Numbered from the stretch's first letter, positions 25,880 through 40,317 are shown. The stretch: 64,000 nucleotides of DNA from Octopus vulgaris (GCA_951406725.2 OX597830.1:68634001-68698000), one strand, 5' to 3'. Program-made: numbers and translations. Notes: a model not told the origin generated them from the sequence alone.

Positions 25880-26350
25880 TATTTTTACTTTTAATTTGCA
25901 TGTTTGTTACAGCCACTTGCATCATGAGGCGAGCGACGGATAAGATATGTTACAGTATGACTGAAAGTTTGTGGAGGGAGGTAGTTAAATATCTTTATGT
26001 TATACAACACAGACATTTAAGTGGGTAGGTTTTTCTAAGGATATGGGTAGTACTTGTCAGCACAATCGTTTTGGTTTCTCTGAGACATGGTTCTCTTGAG
26101 AGCTTATCTAAATGTTTCTGACATCCCTTTTTTATCATACCTAAGGAACCTACAATAACAGGAACAATTCTCGTTTTAAGATGCCACATCATTTGTATTT
26201 CAATTTCCAGGTCCTTATATTTACTTAGTTTGTCACATTCTTTGACAGACGTATTTTTAGCAGAAAAAACATTTACATCTATTAGTGTACAAGTTTTTTC
26301 TTCTCTGTCTTTAATAATTATGCCTGGTCGATTAGCCTGGATCGTTCTGT
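25880..26350 (-). mobile_element. R4/Dong-type LINE RLE C-terminus and 3' UTR; a related scrap lies at 22030-22145
   Basis: ANRPGIII..KLSKYKDLEIEI..MWHLKTRIVPVIVGSLGMIKK; bounded by ATT tracts. Confidence 0.8.
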
Positions 26351-26404
26351 CATTATTATTATTATCATTATTATTATTCTTATTATTATTATTATTATTA
26401 TTTC

Positions 26405-26598
26405 AATTTTTGCCACAATGGCAGCATAGGGAGATGGGGATGAGTAGATTACATCGACCCCAGTGTTCAACTGGTACTTATTTTATCGACTCCGAAAATA
26501 TGAAAGGCAAAGTTGACCTCGGCGGAATTTGAACTCAGAACGTAGCGACAGACGAAATACCACTAAGCGTGCTATCAATTCTGCCAGCTCACCACCTG
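26405..26598 (-). mobile_element. SINE family A between (ATT)n / (AAT)n tracts
   Basis: Reverse complement of the family A consensus. Confidence 0.8.
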
Positions 26599-26602
26599 AA
26601 TA

Positions 26603-26691
<89 letters not shown>

Positions 26692-27947
26692 TGTCAATAA
26701 CGAATATATCTTTGTTTTTTCTTACTGCATGATTATGTCTATTTTTCTGTTTTGATTCTCCTCTTTGTATTAAATACGTTAATACTAACTTCACTTCTTT
26801 CCCAAAGAAAGCGTCTATATGGTGTTGACTTACATATGTTTCTTTAACATCGATATCACACATTTTATTTCTTCATTCTTTAAACAAGTCTGGTTTCCAT
26901 GCCGACCTGTTTACAGTTTACTGCATTTTACATTTAAAACAACAACAACAACAAAAATAGATTCTCCTTTCGCTTCTTTATTACATAAGACAATGACGAT
27001 GTTATGAGATCGTAACATCTCTGAAGCAGTCTCCCATACTTAGAGAATAATTCAAAAACAATATCAGTCGATGAACGATATTGTTTTTCCTTACTAATAT
27101 AATAATTTCTAGTTAACTTTTTTGACTTCCCTTGCATTAAATATGTAAAAGCTAAATCATCATTTATTAGTAAAAAAAAAAAGTAGGGAAGGAAATACGT
27201 ATTCAGTAACTGTATTGAGCTCCCGAAAGATGAATGCTCAATTGTTAACATTAAACTAGGAAAACATCTTATATACACATGCTAGAGATACACACTATTT
27301 CTTTATTTCCCATAAAGGGTTTACATAGAGGGGTACATCACAACACATTGGGGACACAAAACATCAAAAATTAAAATTAAAACAAAAACATAATTGTATG
27401 ATAAAAGGATGAAAAGGGTGAAAATGAAGGATGAAAGTGATGTTAAACGCCCCATCAGTCAACATCACTCACTTGCCTTCTTTCCCTATGTCAGTATTTC
27501 GAAAGTTATGTAGTCCTCTAGTTTCACCACATACCGCTTCTCAAGTTTATATCTCTTGTCTGAGTTTATACTCTTCCTTACTAACATATAAACGTTGTTA
27601 TGTTGTTTTTCAAGATCTTTTACTAGAGATACACACGTCCGCATACACATGCACACACACCCAAGCACATACATAACACACGAACCCTCTTCAGATATTA
27701 CAATTCAGTTGCTTAAGAAATGTATCTAAAAACACGCCAAAAGAAAGTATAAAGAAAACTTAGCCAGTATTTTTCTTAAAGTTATGGTACTTTTAACAAT
27801 ACCTATTCGTTATCTATTATCGGCTGACAGCATTTTCTGTGGATGATTTGTGGGCCAGCTTCGTCGTTTGATTGAGTTCATTGCTATTTCAAGTTTCGAA
27901 GGCCCATAACAAGATCCCGACTCTTCTAGAATACCGATTCGGCATTC

Positions 27948-28215
27948 TAGAAGGTGCGTGGCTTAATGGCCAAAGTATTCAACACATTCCACTCAAGATC
28001 TGAAAGTCCTGAGATCGTTTCTCAGTGATGGGTTTTGCCGTCGAGAAGAACACTTTATTTCTCGTTGCTCCGGTCCACTCAACTGGCAAAAATGAGTTTT
28101 CCAAAGGCCCAGCCTGGTAACGTTCGTTGTGTCACTCTGAATTTCCCAGGGAACCAAGTTAAATTGTACGTGTGACAGTGAAGTGCTCAATCACATGCTC
28201 TTTAATTTCAAAAGT
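27948..28215 (+). mobile_element. tRNA-type SINE family C
   Basis: gaaggtgcgtggcttaatgg head; body 'tgtgtcac.ctgaat.tccc..gtgctca..cac.tgc' shared with 47145, 60140 and 62345. Confidence 0.65.
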
Positions 28216-28379
28216 ACGCTGTTCTGTTGATCGGATCAACTGGAACACTCCTTGTAACCGACAGAGAGCCAAGGTATATATGCACATATATACATATATG
28301 CACGTACAGAGAGAGAGAGAGAGAGAGACATACACACATACACATGCGTATACGTACATATAATTCTTTGTTTTATAAC

Positions 28380-29262
28380 AATGAAGAGTTACATCATCAC
28401 ATTTCTGATAACATTGTGAGTTTTCTTTTGTAAATCAATTTTTGTGAACCCATGCATAGATAAAAAATTTGTGTTGTTTATGAATATGAGTTCCGTCGTG
28501 GAACCAATGCATTCCAGGCAGCTCGAAGCATCAACGAGGTGTTTGGTGAAGATGTGGCGAATGAGCGCACTGTACATCAGTGGTTTGAGAAGTTCCGGTC
28601 TGGTGATTCTTGAAAATCAGCCTCGAGGTAGACCTGAGACCAAGGTGGATAATGATGAACTGGAAACTGTAGTGGAAGCGAATACATTTCAAACTACGCG
28701 TGTGTTAGCAGCAAGGTTTGATGTTTTGATTCCAACTGTTTTGTACCATCTGAAAAAAATCGGCTGGGTAAAGAATCTGGACAAGTAGGTACTACACAGA
28801 CTGAACGAACATCAAATGACACGTCGCATTGAAACTTGTTCTTTACTATCACAACATAAAAGTGAACCATTTTTGCATCGTGTTGCTACCTGTGATGAAA
28901 ATTGGATTCTTTTCAACAATAGCAAGCGTTCTGCACGGTGGTTGGATAGAGACGAAGTGCCAAAACATAATCCAAAAAAGAATATTTATCGAAAATATCT
29001 AATGGTCTGTTTGGTGGACCAGCGCTGGTATCATCCTCTACAGATTCATGGTAAGTCAATTACAGCGGATGTATACATCAACCAGTTGGATGAAATGATG
29101 AGCGAACTTGCAATTAAACAACTGAGATTGGTCAACGGAGACAGGCCAATTCTCTTGCAATACCATGTTCGACCACATGTTGCAGAAAGAACGCTATTCA
29201 AGTTACAGGAACTGAACTAGGAAGTACTCTGTCATCCACCATATTCATCAGATCTTGCATCA
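28380..29262 (+). mobile_element. Mariner transposase remnant, 3' truncated
   Basis: RTVHQWF, GRP, VATCDENW, HVRPHVA, HPPYSSDLA. Confidence 0.85.
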
Positions 29263-29417
29263 CACGGGTGGAAATATACTAAAAATAGAAGTTAAAAATG
29301 CGCCACTGAGAATAGTTGAAATATATTCTTCTTATTATATTTAAAGATTTAACCGGATTCACCACTGATTTTCAAGAAGTTGAAATAGAAATATGAGGTT
29401 TATGTCGCGCTTGTCTC

Positions 29418-30353
29418 GGTTTTGATGCTGTGATGAAACCACCACTCTCCACTTTGCCACTGGTCGGAATGTTTTCGTCTCGCCGTGTTTTGCAAACGCT
29501 TCAGAACCACCAAACAAAAATATCTGGTTAACAGTTTGTCCAGGAGGAACAAATTCTGTGTGGACAATTCTTTTCGAATCGGTCAAACAAATTATTTTCG
29601 TCTTGAATTTGGACTCCACTTGACTCATTTTGGGCGCGGGGTGTGGTGATATCGAATGCTTCCATCGACTTGATTGCTGCATCATTTCCGGGTTGTGGCT
29701 ATAGCACCAGCTTTCGTCACTAGTGATGACCTTCAAAAAAAAAAAGAAAAACAGAAAAAAAAGAAAGGTTCGGATCAAACTCCAACTCATCTTTCATTTC
29801 ACGAAACGCATTTATTCGTGACTGTTTTTCAACTTTCGTGTGCAAGTGAGGCACAAATTTCGCTGTTACTCTTCATTCGCAATTCCTCGCTCAAAATTCG
29901 TTGGAAGAAGTTCCAGGACACACCAGTTATATCAACACGTTCGTCAAGTGTTCGGTGACGGTCCTCCAAGATCAGTTCATGAAATTTCGTGATGTTTTCC
30001 TAAAGCGTGAAAACCACTCGTAAACTTGTATTTTGCTCCTCATGGCAGAATCCTTGTAAGCTGTTTGAAGCATGACAACTGTTTCGGCTGCCGTTTTCCA
30101 AGCAGAAAAAAAAAACCCCAGAATTTCACGGAAGCACGCTGTCCCTTCGTTTCATCCATCGCAATAATCTACGAACAGGGGAAAGCACCGCAAATCAAAG
30201 ACGCGCCACGTGACAGCACGACTCCTGACGATAACACTAGTCGGCACACTGATACCCGAGGGACGTATCAAGTGGCTTCTACTGGCGGAAGCTTAAACTA
30301 CAACGGGCTTGTCCCGCAGAGAACGTTTCCGGTTACTTTTCGGTACCCCTTCG
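29418..30353 (-). mobile_element. Mariner remnant of a different subfamily, 5' TIR retained
   Basis: VITSDESWCYSHNPE..QSSRW, VHTEFVPPGQTVN; terminus ta|cgaaggggtaccgaaaagtaaccggaa. Confidence 0.85.
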
Positions 30354-32628
30354 TATTGGTGTTGACAAATAGTTATGTGTCCCCTAATATTATGAAGGTG
30401 CTTCTCTCATGAGCGGAGAAATCGCTGGTGTTCAAGCGAAATTGCATGTCACAGCCCCATCTGCAACTTGTGTCAGCATCCACCAACTGAATCTGACTGG
30501 GGTTTACTTCTTAACAAAAATGTAAAGGCTATCGGGGAATGTTTCGTCATACAGCAGCAACTTTACCTGTTTATGGATCGATTCAGAGTTTATCTATCGA
30601 TTCAGAGGGCTTACAGGAAAAAACAGGAGAACATCCAGTAGATCTTATCCAATATAGGATGTCTCAGTCAGCAGGTACCGTGCTATGCTGTTCATTGTGA
30701 ATTTTCATTTATTATAAACGTTCTCTCTCATTTCAGTGGGTTTATCAAATCATAGGAGAGGCAAATTAAAGACAAGTGCTTCCATTACGTTTGTCTATGA
30801 AAGTTTGCGCTTTCTTCTCCTTTAAACAAATTTTAATACGAATCAAGTCTTTAGCAAAGATATTACAAATTTTCACTCCTGTGACTACAGAAATAGAACT
30901 GATATCCATATGCATTGAACTTCTTGATGTCAAACGAAACTAACTTTTCTGGCCACCAATTAAATAACAGATCAGTGAAGTTATTATGCTCAACTAGCTG
31001 ACTCGAGAGAAGCCTAATCTGCAAGGCAATCTTAACAGCATTTGGAGGCCTCAGCGGCTAGTGTTAACGTGTTGGAAGCCGGCTGAAAATTCAAACCACA
31101 ATTCCTATATTGAACCAGGTTTGCTTAGAGTTCCGACACCGATTTTCGGCATACAATGGTGATATCATGATGAACCATTCTTATCTTAATCCCTAAATTC
31201 CCAGATTCTGAATATTGTTTGTCTCAGATTCATAGCAGATACATTTCAACTCAATTTGGACACCCTGAACACAGAATGCCACTGTACAAACAGTCTCATT
31301 GTGTGAACTTATAACAGATACTGCTAACTTTTTATTTATTTTTGACTTTTCAATCACATTGAGAAGTTGACTTTAAATTTGATCAATTAATTTAAGACTG
31401 AAATTATTATCTATGTAAAATCTTTGCCCGTATTTTTTTTAAAACTAAAACTGTCAAGGTTTCAACACATTGCTCCAGAACATTAATCCTCTAAAATTCG
31501 ATCTCTGATCACATTTTCTTTATACAAATATTCAAACGAAATATTAACCGTATCGATCTCACCAATCCACAAAGGCTTGAAAACATCACGTCGATCCCCA
31601 CTCCCATCTCCCCTCTTCACCAAACTATAAACAAAGAATCCAATATTAATCTAAAACTTAACCAATGAAAACAAAAGGAACATTTTTACGACATGTATGG
31701 TCAATATTGCAATTTATGTTTTTCACACCGAAAACTATTTCAACCTTTCGATAACCTGAAAGAAATTGTTGAGCTGCTGAGTTTCTGAGCGAATGTCTAT
31801 TAAATTTCGTTTTTCGTATAACCGATTTCCTATTTTCGTTTAACCTGTACTTCACTCTGCAAATAAGTTGCTGAGGGCAAAATATCGCCCAAAGAGAACA
31901 TAAAATTCTTATTTTAATTTCACTCTATAATCCTTGATAAGGACAGTTTAGATCAGCCAGCTTAAATAGTTTCTGAGAGACCAGAGGTAAAACTCAAATT
32001 AACAATCATGTTACCTAATATTTTTGGTGCATTCTTACATTGGAATAGACGTACAATAATTCCCGTAAACTGTTTACCATATTCTTCAGAAAAGTTTTCG
32101 CTGTTGCTTTCCTCAATTTGTTTTTTTCTCTCTTTTTTTTTTTAGTTTGAATAACAAATCATTTCACTTTTTAAGAGAAATCAATCGAATGCAATTATTT
32201 TATTTCATATATTATTTAGCTGATGGGTAAGAAGCGTTAAAGATTCGGTTGACTGCTTCAGGTATTTAGTTAAAACCTGTTACGTTTTCAGATCAAATGT
32301 TGTCCAAGTTAATTTAGTATTTAATTCTTTAAAGGTCGATAAAATAATGCCCCAGTGCTCCATTGGTACTCAGGTAAATTCAATAATCTTATAAACCTTA
32401 AAACGAAAAATATTAGCAAACTTCAACATTAACAAACTTAAAACGAAAAACATTAGCAACAAACATAAATTAACAAAAGATTTATCTGAATTAAATTGAC
32501 TTTATTGATAAAGAAACACACATTTTATCTTATATTTATAGATATAGATAATTATTATTAGCAAACGTGATCCGTTGAAGTCTTGCTCACATTTCATTGA
32601 GAAGTAAATAATTTTCAAGTAAATTCCA

Positions 32629-32825
32629 TTAAAGTTCAGACCAGTTCTTTAGTAGGCACTTAGTGTTAGTATATGAAAAGGCGGTACATGTAGAAGATAT
32701 CATACATAAACGTGAACAATCCAGAACCGAGTGAGCATCCACCTGGGCCTCGGTTACAAGGTTGTGATATGGATTTGGTTTGAAGGAAAAAGTTGAATAA
32801 GCTGTCAAATCATTAATTTCTTTTT
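32629..32825 (-). CDS. Terminal exon of a PAN/apple-domain protein
   Basis: ttgcag| phase 1; (E)KEINDLTAYSTFSFKPNPYHNLVTEAQVDAHSVLDCSRLCMISSTCTAFSYTNTKCLLKNWSEL* (C-x3-C-x5-C-xAFxY-x4-C-xL); minus-strand AATAAA at ~32501. Confidence 0.85.
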
Positions 32826-33249
32826 CTGCAATATAAAAAAGAAAACGAAATCACAATAAATATAACAATATAAATGAAATTATTTCTCTTCATTGACAAG
32901 GTACAAGGGAAACGAATAGATGTGGTCTATTGATTCGATAGATCGATGTTATTAATGTTCCGTTTGGACATCTTTAGGTTAGTGTGAGTAGGGAGTGAGT
33001 TTCTGAGTGTTGCATAATCTAGAAAGGAAGGACTGGGAATAATAATTGATGTGGGATCTGGCTGGTGAAATAACATGTATGACAGAAGGATTAGGGGTAT
33101 GTAGCTGGTTATCTCGGAGGTAGAGTTGTTCTCGTATTACCAGCGAGATGTACTGAGGTATTTCTGAGCAAGTTAGTAATGAAGCGTGTTGTGATTTTTA
33201 ATGACAGTGAGGATTAATATTAACCTATCTACCAGATTTTAAATGAAAA

Positions 33250-34540
33250 TTATGTATTAAACAGTTCCCGGATTAGTTCTGTGGCGCGCCAACAGATGGC
33301 AGCACACGGTTGAGTGCGCAGTCAGAGCTAGCAGTGATGGTGATGAGGCAGTGGAAGGAGTGATATTGCTGCGTTTACTTTGCAAGATGTGAAGTATTTG
33401 ATATTGTAAGTTGCAATCTGCGATTTCGTGATGGGCAGGAGGTTGGAACAAAGAGTCAACGAAAAATTTTGCGTTAAATTTGATACGACTTCTACAGAGA
33501 CATTGAGTATGCTTTGGCAAAATTACGGTAACGAGAAAATTGATTTTACGCAATGTTACGAGTGGCACGTGCTCTTCAAAAGCAAAATAACATCCCTAGA
33601 AGACGAAGAGTGATCTGGAATATCTACCACGGGCGTCACCCCAGGAGATGTGGAGAAAATTCCTCAGCTTGGGAATGAAGATCGTCGGAGGACAATCAAC
33701 GACATTGCTGATGTTGTTGGTCTGTCGTGTGGATTCGTGCAGACAATCTTAACATCTGAACTGAACATCCGGTGTGTCTCTGCCAGGTTTGTCCCGCCTG
33801 CTGAACACTCAGTAGAAAGAACATTGCGTCAATGTCTGTCAAGATGTCAGTCAGCCTGCCGCTGGTGATGATCCTTCATGTCATGGATCATTATTGGTAA
33901 TGAGATTTCGGTCCACAGGTACGACCCTGAGATGAAGCAGCAATTGTCACAATGGAAAAACCCTTCATCTCCACGACCTAAGACAGAACGACAGAACCGC
34001 AGTTCAATCAAGAGCGTGCTGATCGTTTTTTTCAACATCTGCATTATTGTTCATCGAGAGTTCATCCCCCAGAGCCACACAGGGAATTGGCAGTTCTTAC
34101 TACGACGTCTTGTGAAAGGACATTCGGTGAAACGACCGGTTATGCAGATCGCGAAGAACCGGATTCTTCATGGCCACAATGCACTCTGCCACTGAGTTCT
34201 CACTCATGAATTTTTCGCCAAAAACAACACAGTATCGCTTCTACATCAGCCCTATTCGTCACATTTAGCCGACTTCCTGCAGACTTCCATCTCTTTCCCA
34301 AGTTGAAAAGGCAGTCGAAAGGTCGCCGTTTTAACACCGTCGTCCTTTTCCTGAACCGAATCGCAGATGGTCCTCGAGTCGCTTAAGGAAAACGACTTTC
34401 AGGTCGGATGCCAAAAGTGGCAGGAACGCTGAGACCGGTCTATTTCCGCACAAGTCGACTATTCTGAAGGAGATGATGTGAAAACTTGGACAATTTATTT
34501 TTCAATAAACATAACGAGTAGTTTTTGGTATCACTTCGTA
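33250..34540 (+). mobile_element. Degenerate near-full-length mariner
   Basis: EQRVNEKFCVK, CYEWH, SARFVP, IIIGNEISVHRYDPE, HNALCH, PYSSHLA; ends in cgta. Confidence 0.85.
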
Positions 34541-34807
34541 ACTGTGGATCAGTTTTACTACATCTTTTAAAAATTAATTATTAAATTATTAAATTAATTA
34601 TTAAATTATTAAATTAATTATTAAATTAATGCTAATCTATTTAACAAAGACTAAGTAGGACTAATAATGCGATGAAGAAGAAAGCGATGTTTATTAATTT
34701 CTATATATTTTTTCGGCAAGAACTGGACACAGAAGATCAATGAATAAAAGATGAACAAGAAACAGAAACAAAGAACGCAAAAAATAAACAATAAAAATTG
34801 GTCTTAC

Positions 34808-34903
34808 CATCAAGAAAGAAATAAGAGGCGAAAACTCTTATACCACATCCCAAGGAGTTAATCTTCTCCAGTGTAAGGGACTGGTTAAGGTCATTCCAAA
34901 GTT
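34808..34903 (-). CDS. Penultimate exon of the PAN-domain gene
   Basis: atttcag| ... |gtaaga, 96 nt, phase 1-1; LWNDLNQSLTLEKINSLGCGIRVFASYFFLD; G|AA joins in frame to the exon at 32825. Confidence 0.75.
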
Positions 34904-35499
34904 CTGAAATGGAATAAAAAAAAAAAATGCTCCTGTTTCTGTCGTAGTTTTAATGTTTACCATGATTTCTTTAATATTAATCAAGGAATTCTAATCTCTT
35001 TCAAACAATCGACTTTCCTATTTATATAAGATGATTTTATATAAGAAATCATAACTTTTTAAATATATGTTGTGTTTTATTTACTATCAGTTATTTCTAG
35101 TATTAACACAAGGCCTCATATATGAAGGGAGGGAACAGACGTTTAAAAAGGTTCTAAGATGTTACTGGTATGTTACCGATATATTATTTCATGTGTAATT
35201 AGACCGCATTGGAAAAAGAAAACCAATATTCTTCTTTGAGCGTTTGATGACTTATGTAGAGTATATCTGAATCCTTTTTAATGTTGTATGCTATGTTTTA
35301 ATATAGAAAAATAAACAATACAACACACAAGTCTGTCCTACACATGATAGCAGACGTTCGAGGTTACTCCTCAAGTTATCAACGCTTGGGCATTGAACGA
35401 GTTTGTGCAAAACACTTGTGTCATTTGTACTCATCTCAAGCAGACTTCAATTCACAACGTTTTTATGTGGCGTGTATAGTTTATACCGAGCTAATAGTG

Positions 35500-36505
35500 T
35501 CTACTGGTAGGACAACCAGGCCAAAAATCTTAGGAAATTATCTCTGGGCTCCGGCTTGCAGGTAGAACGGACCAGCCTGTTGACGTTTGTCGACACCCAG
35601 AATCTTCTCGACAACGCCGTCTCTCTTTTCTACCACAGTTCGACCGTAGAACACCAAACTGGGGTTTCTGTATTGGTTGACTGGCAGAGGGTTGTGAGCG
35701 TCTGACTACACTCTAGATGTGTCAGAAAATCTGTCTTAGTCTACGCTTGATCCTGCTTGACTGTAACACTTCCAAAGAGACCAGCTGCGGAAAAGTGAGT
35801 CTGAGAAACGGCGACCACACCTGCTGAGTGCCAATCAAACTCTAGAGGTGTCGCAACCGCAGCGCACGACTGCCCATCGTTAGCCACAGCATGCCCAGTT
35901 TTCCATCTAGCGGGTGTCGACAGCAAATGGATCGTGTGACGAGTGAAACGTGTGAATTCCAAAGAAGGCGGAAAGACAGGTGGCAATATATGATGGAAAT
36001 GCTGTAAGCATTCGCCGCCTCTGCTCCACCTTTCAAGGATAATTTCTTCTCGGCTAATTTCTGAGTAAAGTTGGTCACCCTGCTCTTTCCAGTGCTTCTC
36101 TACTTGGAGATCTGGACGAAAGCAGTTACCGAGTAATTTTCCCTGCCCGCCAATCCAGCGCATAATGTTATTGTTTGATTGGTCGACCAACATCTCTAGG
36201 CACAGAGCTGAAGAACGAGTTTTGATGACACTGCATCGTAGTCCCTTAGAGACTGCTGTCAGACTCTGTGTCAATGCGTTTAATAAAGTTATGGTCCGAA
36301 AATTATTACGAGATTCCCGTACCCTGTTTTGCAGCCATTCCTAGTTAATATTTGTCAAGAGGTCTCCAAAGAAGTGTGGCATGCAAAAGTAAAATTCATA
36401 GGGCAGAACATCGAGACCAAGAGATTTTTCCTCCAACATCCATTCAGTCAACCGTTAATCCCCGTATTTCAGCAGCCTTATCAGCTCTTGGCAGCACTCC
36501 GTCTA
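35500..36505 (-). mobile_element. Internally deleted Tx1/L1-like ORF2 derivative
   Basis: NFRTITLLNA, KLLG..F.PDLQVEK.W, KLSLKGGAEAANAY, RSICCRHPLDGKLGM; the RT core is missing. Confidence 0.75.
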
Positions 36506-36689
36506 CACACACACAGACTGGCATGCATGAATACACACGTAGGTATGTTTGTACGTAAGCATGCATGTATGTATACGTGTATGTATGCATGTATGTATGT
36601 GTGTATGTGCATGTATGTATGAACGTATATATGCATGCATGTACGTATATATGTATGCATGTACGTACGTACGTATGTATGTCGGCCAC

Positions 36690-37818
36690 AGCCAGACACA
36701 TAATGTCCCTTTTCTTTCTTTTATGTGATATCCTTGGTCATCGTCGACAACAACGGAAGAACTAATAATGTATAGTATAATAAAACCCATCCCAGAGGAA
36801 ACGGAAGCCCGAAGATAACTAAGGGGAAAATGGCAACAGAGGAAAGGCAGACATACTATCGGAACCAGGAAAAGTGAGAGCACAGAGCAATAAGGCAAAA
36901 TAGAAGTCCACGGATGAAGAAATCCACGTAGAATTCAGCAGAAATAGGAATGGAAATGAGAAGAACTGAAATATCTTTGACTCTGAGGTGAAGGCACCAA
37001 CTAGATTTTTTTAAATTATGAAACCATCTTGGAAACGGAACACGTTGCCGACAACCGTCTCCTAAAGAAAAGAAAAAAAAAAACACAAACAAATGATGCA
37101 CGGACACAGTTCTACAGTGAGCAAGAGAACCAAAACCAGTTCTACTCTCAAGAAAGGCATAAAAGACCGATCCCAAACTTCATTATCACCACTCGAATGA
37201 ATGACATCGGTATTTCACCAAAGGACAAACAATCTCTAGGTCGACATTACAATTTCCTCTCCTCATAAGGAGAAACAATCAACGAAAACTGACCGAAACA
37301 CGCCAAAGGAATCTAAATTCCAAAAAATCACTGAACAACAGCTTTCTGCAATACGGAGAAAATCCCAACGAAATATCTCTGAAATACGTCAGCGGAGCAT
37401 ATAATTCAGAGACACAGCGAACAGTCGTAAACCACAAATCCCCACCGTAAATTAGGCCAATAGGAGAACCATTTATAACGTGATTACAATAACGCTTTTT
37501 GAGACCCTGCCCACAAGAACAAAGATATACAGTGACACCAATCATAGAAGAGAAGCCAAAAATAATTAAGATCATTAATTTAGTAAACAAAGAATTAACA
37601 AATCAACAAATTAGCTTATTCTCTAAAGGACTGAAATTCACACCAATGCCTCAAAGACACAACTATAACGAAATGAAAAACGGCATTTCAGAATTCTGTA
37701 GAAAATGAGGATTCTCCAAAGAACGGTACGAGAAAAACGGCCGCACGAAATGCTAAGAACAAAACCCAAGAATATTTCTCTGAATATATTTGGAATTACT
37801 CATATCAACACACACACA

Positions 37819-37880
<62 letters not shown>

Positions 37881-39655
37881 CACACGCACGCACTCAAACT
37901 CACACACACACAAAAGCACGCACATACACGCACACACACACACACACACGTACACACACGCATACACGCGCGCTATCCGTATGAGAAGACCATGCATAAT
38001 GTGAAAAGGCCAAAATCAATTGCCAGTAAAACAAAAAATAATGAGAATCTTTAGAATATTAATAAATTTATGCCCAGAGGGTCTCACAAGGGACAAGTAA
38101 CAAGTCTCTTATTACAAACTTCCGATGCAAATCTAAATTCTTCAATGGCGCACCAAAAATTCACAAAAGTGAAGAAATTAGTGAAGTTTGGAAAAGAACC
38201 ACTGACATATATATCAATGTCACCTGGACAAATGATTTGAAATTAAGGCCAATAACAACAGGTCCCGCACGTGAAGTCCACCGTCTATAGAATCTTTAGA
38301 TATCCTCCTGAAGCCATTTCTCAAGCATATCAAAGAGATGACCTAGATATTCTAAATCATTTCCCGAAAATACTCAACGAATAAACTTCGGTAGGATCTT
38401 TCAATGCAGTGAATTTTTATTTAAACTCCTTTTGCGACTTGGGAATTGAGGTTATTCAATTCTTTTTGGTTAATCATACATAATTTATAATAGAGCGGCT
38501 AAAAGTTATTTTAGAAAATAATTACTTTACGCTCAATGCCAACATTTTCCGACAAAAAACTGGGACTGACTGCGTTGCGACCGAAAACAGAACCCTCATT
38601 TGCGAATCTAGTAATTACACTATAATAAATAAAAGAAGAAAACATGAGGAAAATATGGAAACTCTCTCTCCATATACAACCAAAAAAACTGGAAAAGCTC
38701 GACGATTGCATCTTTCATCGGAATGGAAGCTTAGGGAAGCTAAAAGAATTTGAAACACTCTTCAATAGAATTAACGAAAATATTCAATTCAATATTGAAT
38801 ATAGTCATAAGCAATCTTCATTTTCGGAATTCCTTATGACGACTATCTCAACCAAATAGAAATGGACATTTATTATAAACCAACGGACGCCAGACAATAT
38901 CTTTCATTCAAGTCAGGCCATCAGAGACACACCAGAATGAATGTCCCTTGTAACAAAGCTAAAAGTATTTGTACAATAGTATCTGATGCAAACATCCGTG
39001 ACATAAGAGACCCCAAGAACGGAACGATACATGTCTCGATAGGAATAATTCATATTAGATTCCATAACATACAGTTACTGAAGAAAGACCGCAAGATAAG
39101 CCAAATCCTCCAGACAAACCATCTTAAACAGCAATAGACAACTGAAATTAATAACAAAACATCTAACAAAGACCAAACTTCACACAATAGCGATAAAAGA
39201 GAAAAACAATTTTAAAAGTGCGGAAGATTCAAATGTGGTTTATGTTTCAGTCTAAGAGAAGGGTCAGAGAACCGTTTAGAACAAGGACAACTCTTCACAT
39301 TAACAAGAATCTTTATTTCTGCAACTGAAAACTTAATCCAGGCAATAACATTTTCAGGGTGTGTGACATTTTACATCGGATAGACAAAAAACGTTTGAAG
39401 GCAACGCATGAGCCTTCGTCGATCGGAAATTAGAATACAGGGATACAGAAGATTGGATTCAGTGAATATATAGAAACATGCGCAAGCAGAAACAACCAAA
39501 CTTTACGATGTTTTCTCTCAATGAATTTGGTGGATATACAATTGAACGGCAATATACCAATGAAGAAATGTCTTTCATAACAAAATACTAAACGAGTCTA
39601 AATTCATTTGGCAGAGAAAGGGAGGCAACAACAATCAAGAAGAATACTGCAACCC
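36690..39655 (+). mobile_element. Decayed Penelope-like element (RT plus C-terminal GIY-YIG), with (CA)n at 37808-37970
   Basis: IINL..LT..Q..L.SKGLKFTP, DIYYKPTDARQYL.F.S.H, C..F.C..C and FYIG*T near 39370. Confidence 0.8.
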
Positions 39656-39684
39656 TTATTATTATTATTATTATTATTATTATT

Positions 39685-40238
39685 GAGTGAGCGAGCAGAG
39701 CATGCCATCAAAGTGACACTGGGGTAAAATATACGAAGCCCAGTATACCCATCATGACTACCCGTCTGATAAGGGTACACCAGGCACATGCATCACAACC
39801 ATATGTGCGCGACATGATGATCTCATATGAAGATAAACAGCACATGACCTTGCAGGTGGAGCCCAGTTAGAATTTTCTTCAGATCGAGTAATCCATCCCG
39901 CTCAAAAGGTCCCTGAATAAGGGTTGTTTAAGGACGTTGAACGAAACACCCATGTTTCCAGAGGTGAATTATTCAAACCCCAAAGAATCCTTCTCAACAC
40001 ATGGCTATGATGCTCCCCCACTACTTCTGCTCGTGATCAGAGATGCACATATCGTCAGCCACTAAGGGACATGCTCAACTCATTATGGTCAAACAACTGA
40101 CAAGCAAATCTGTGGTATTGAGCAGAATATTTGCTGTAGCCCATCTTTTATACCAAGACAAAACAATGTACATGATAACACCTCCAATCAGTTAAGATCA
40201 GAAGCCATGAGAGCCACTGCCTGGTACTGCATCAGGGC

Positions 40239-40241
<3 letters not shown>
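39685..40241. mobile_element. 557-bp non-coding insertion flanked on both sides by (ATT)n; unclassified
   Basis: Sharp boundaries within the microsatellite, higher GC than the flanks, no convincing ORF. Confidence 0.55.

Positions 40242-40314
<73 letters not shown>

Positions 40315-40317
<3 letters not shown>

Noticed and set aside
26830-26935. Fourth PAN relic on the minus strand (KCSKL*TGRHGNQTCLKNEEIKCVI)
   Set aside because: Lacks the S/A-F/Y-x-F/Y core, so the match is too weak.
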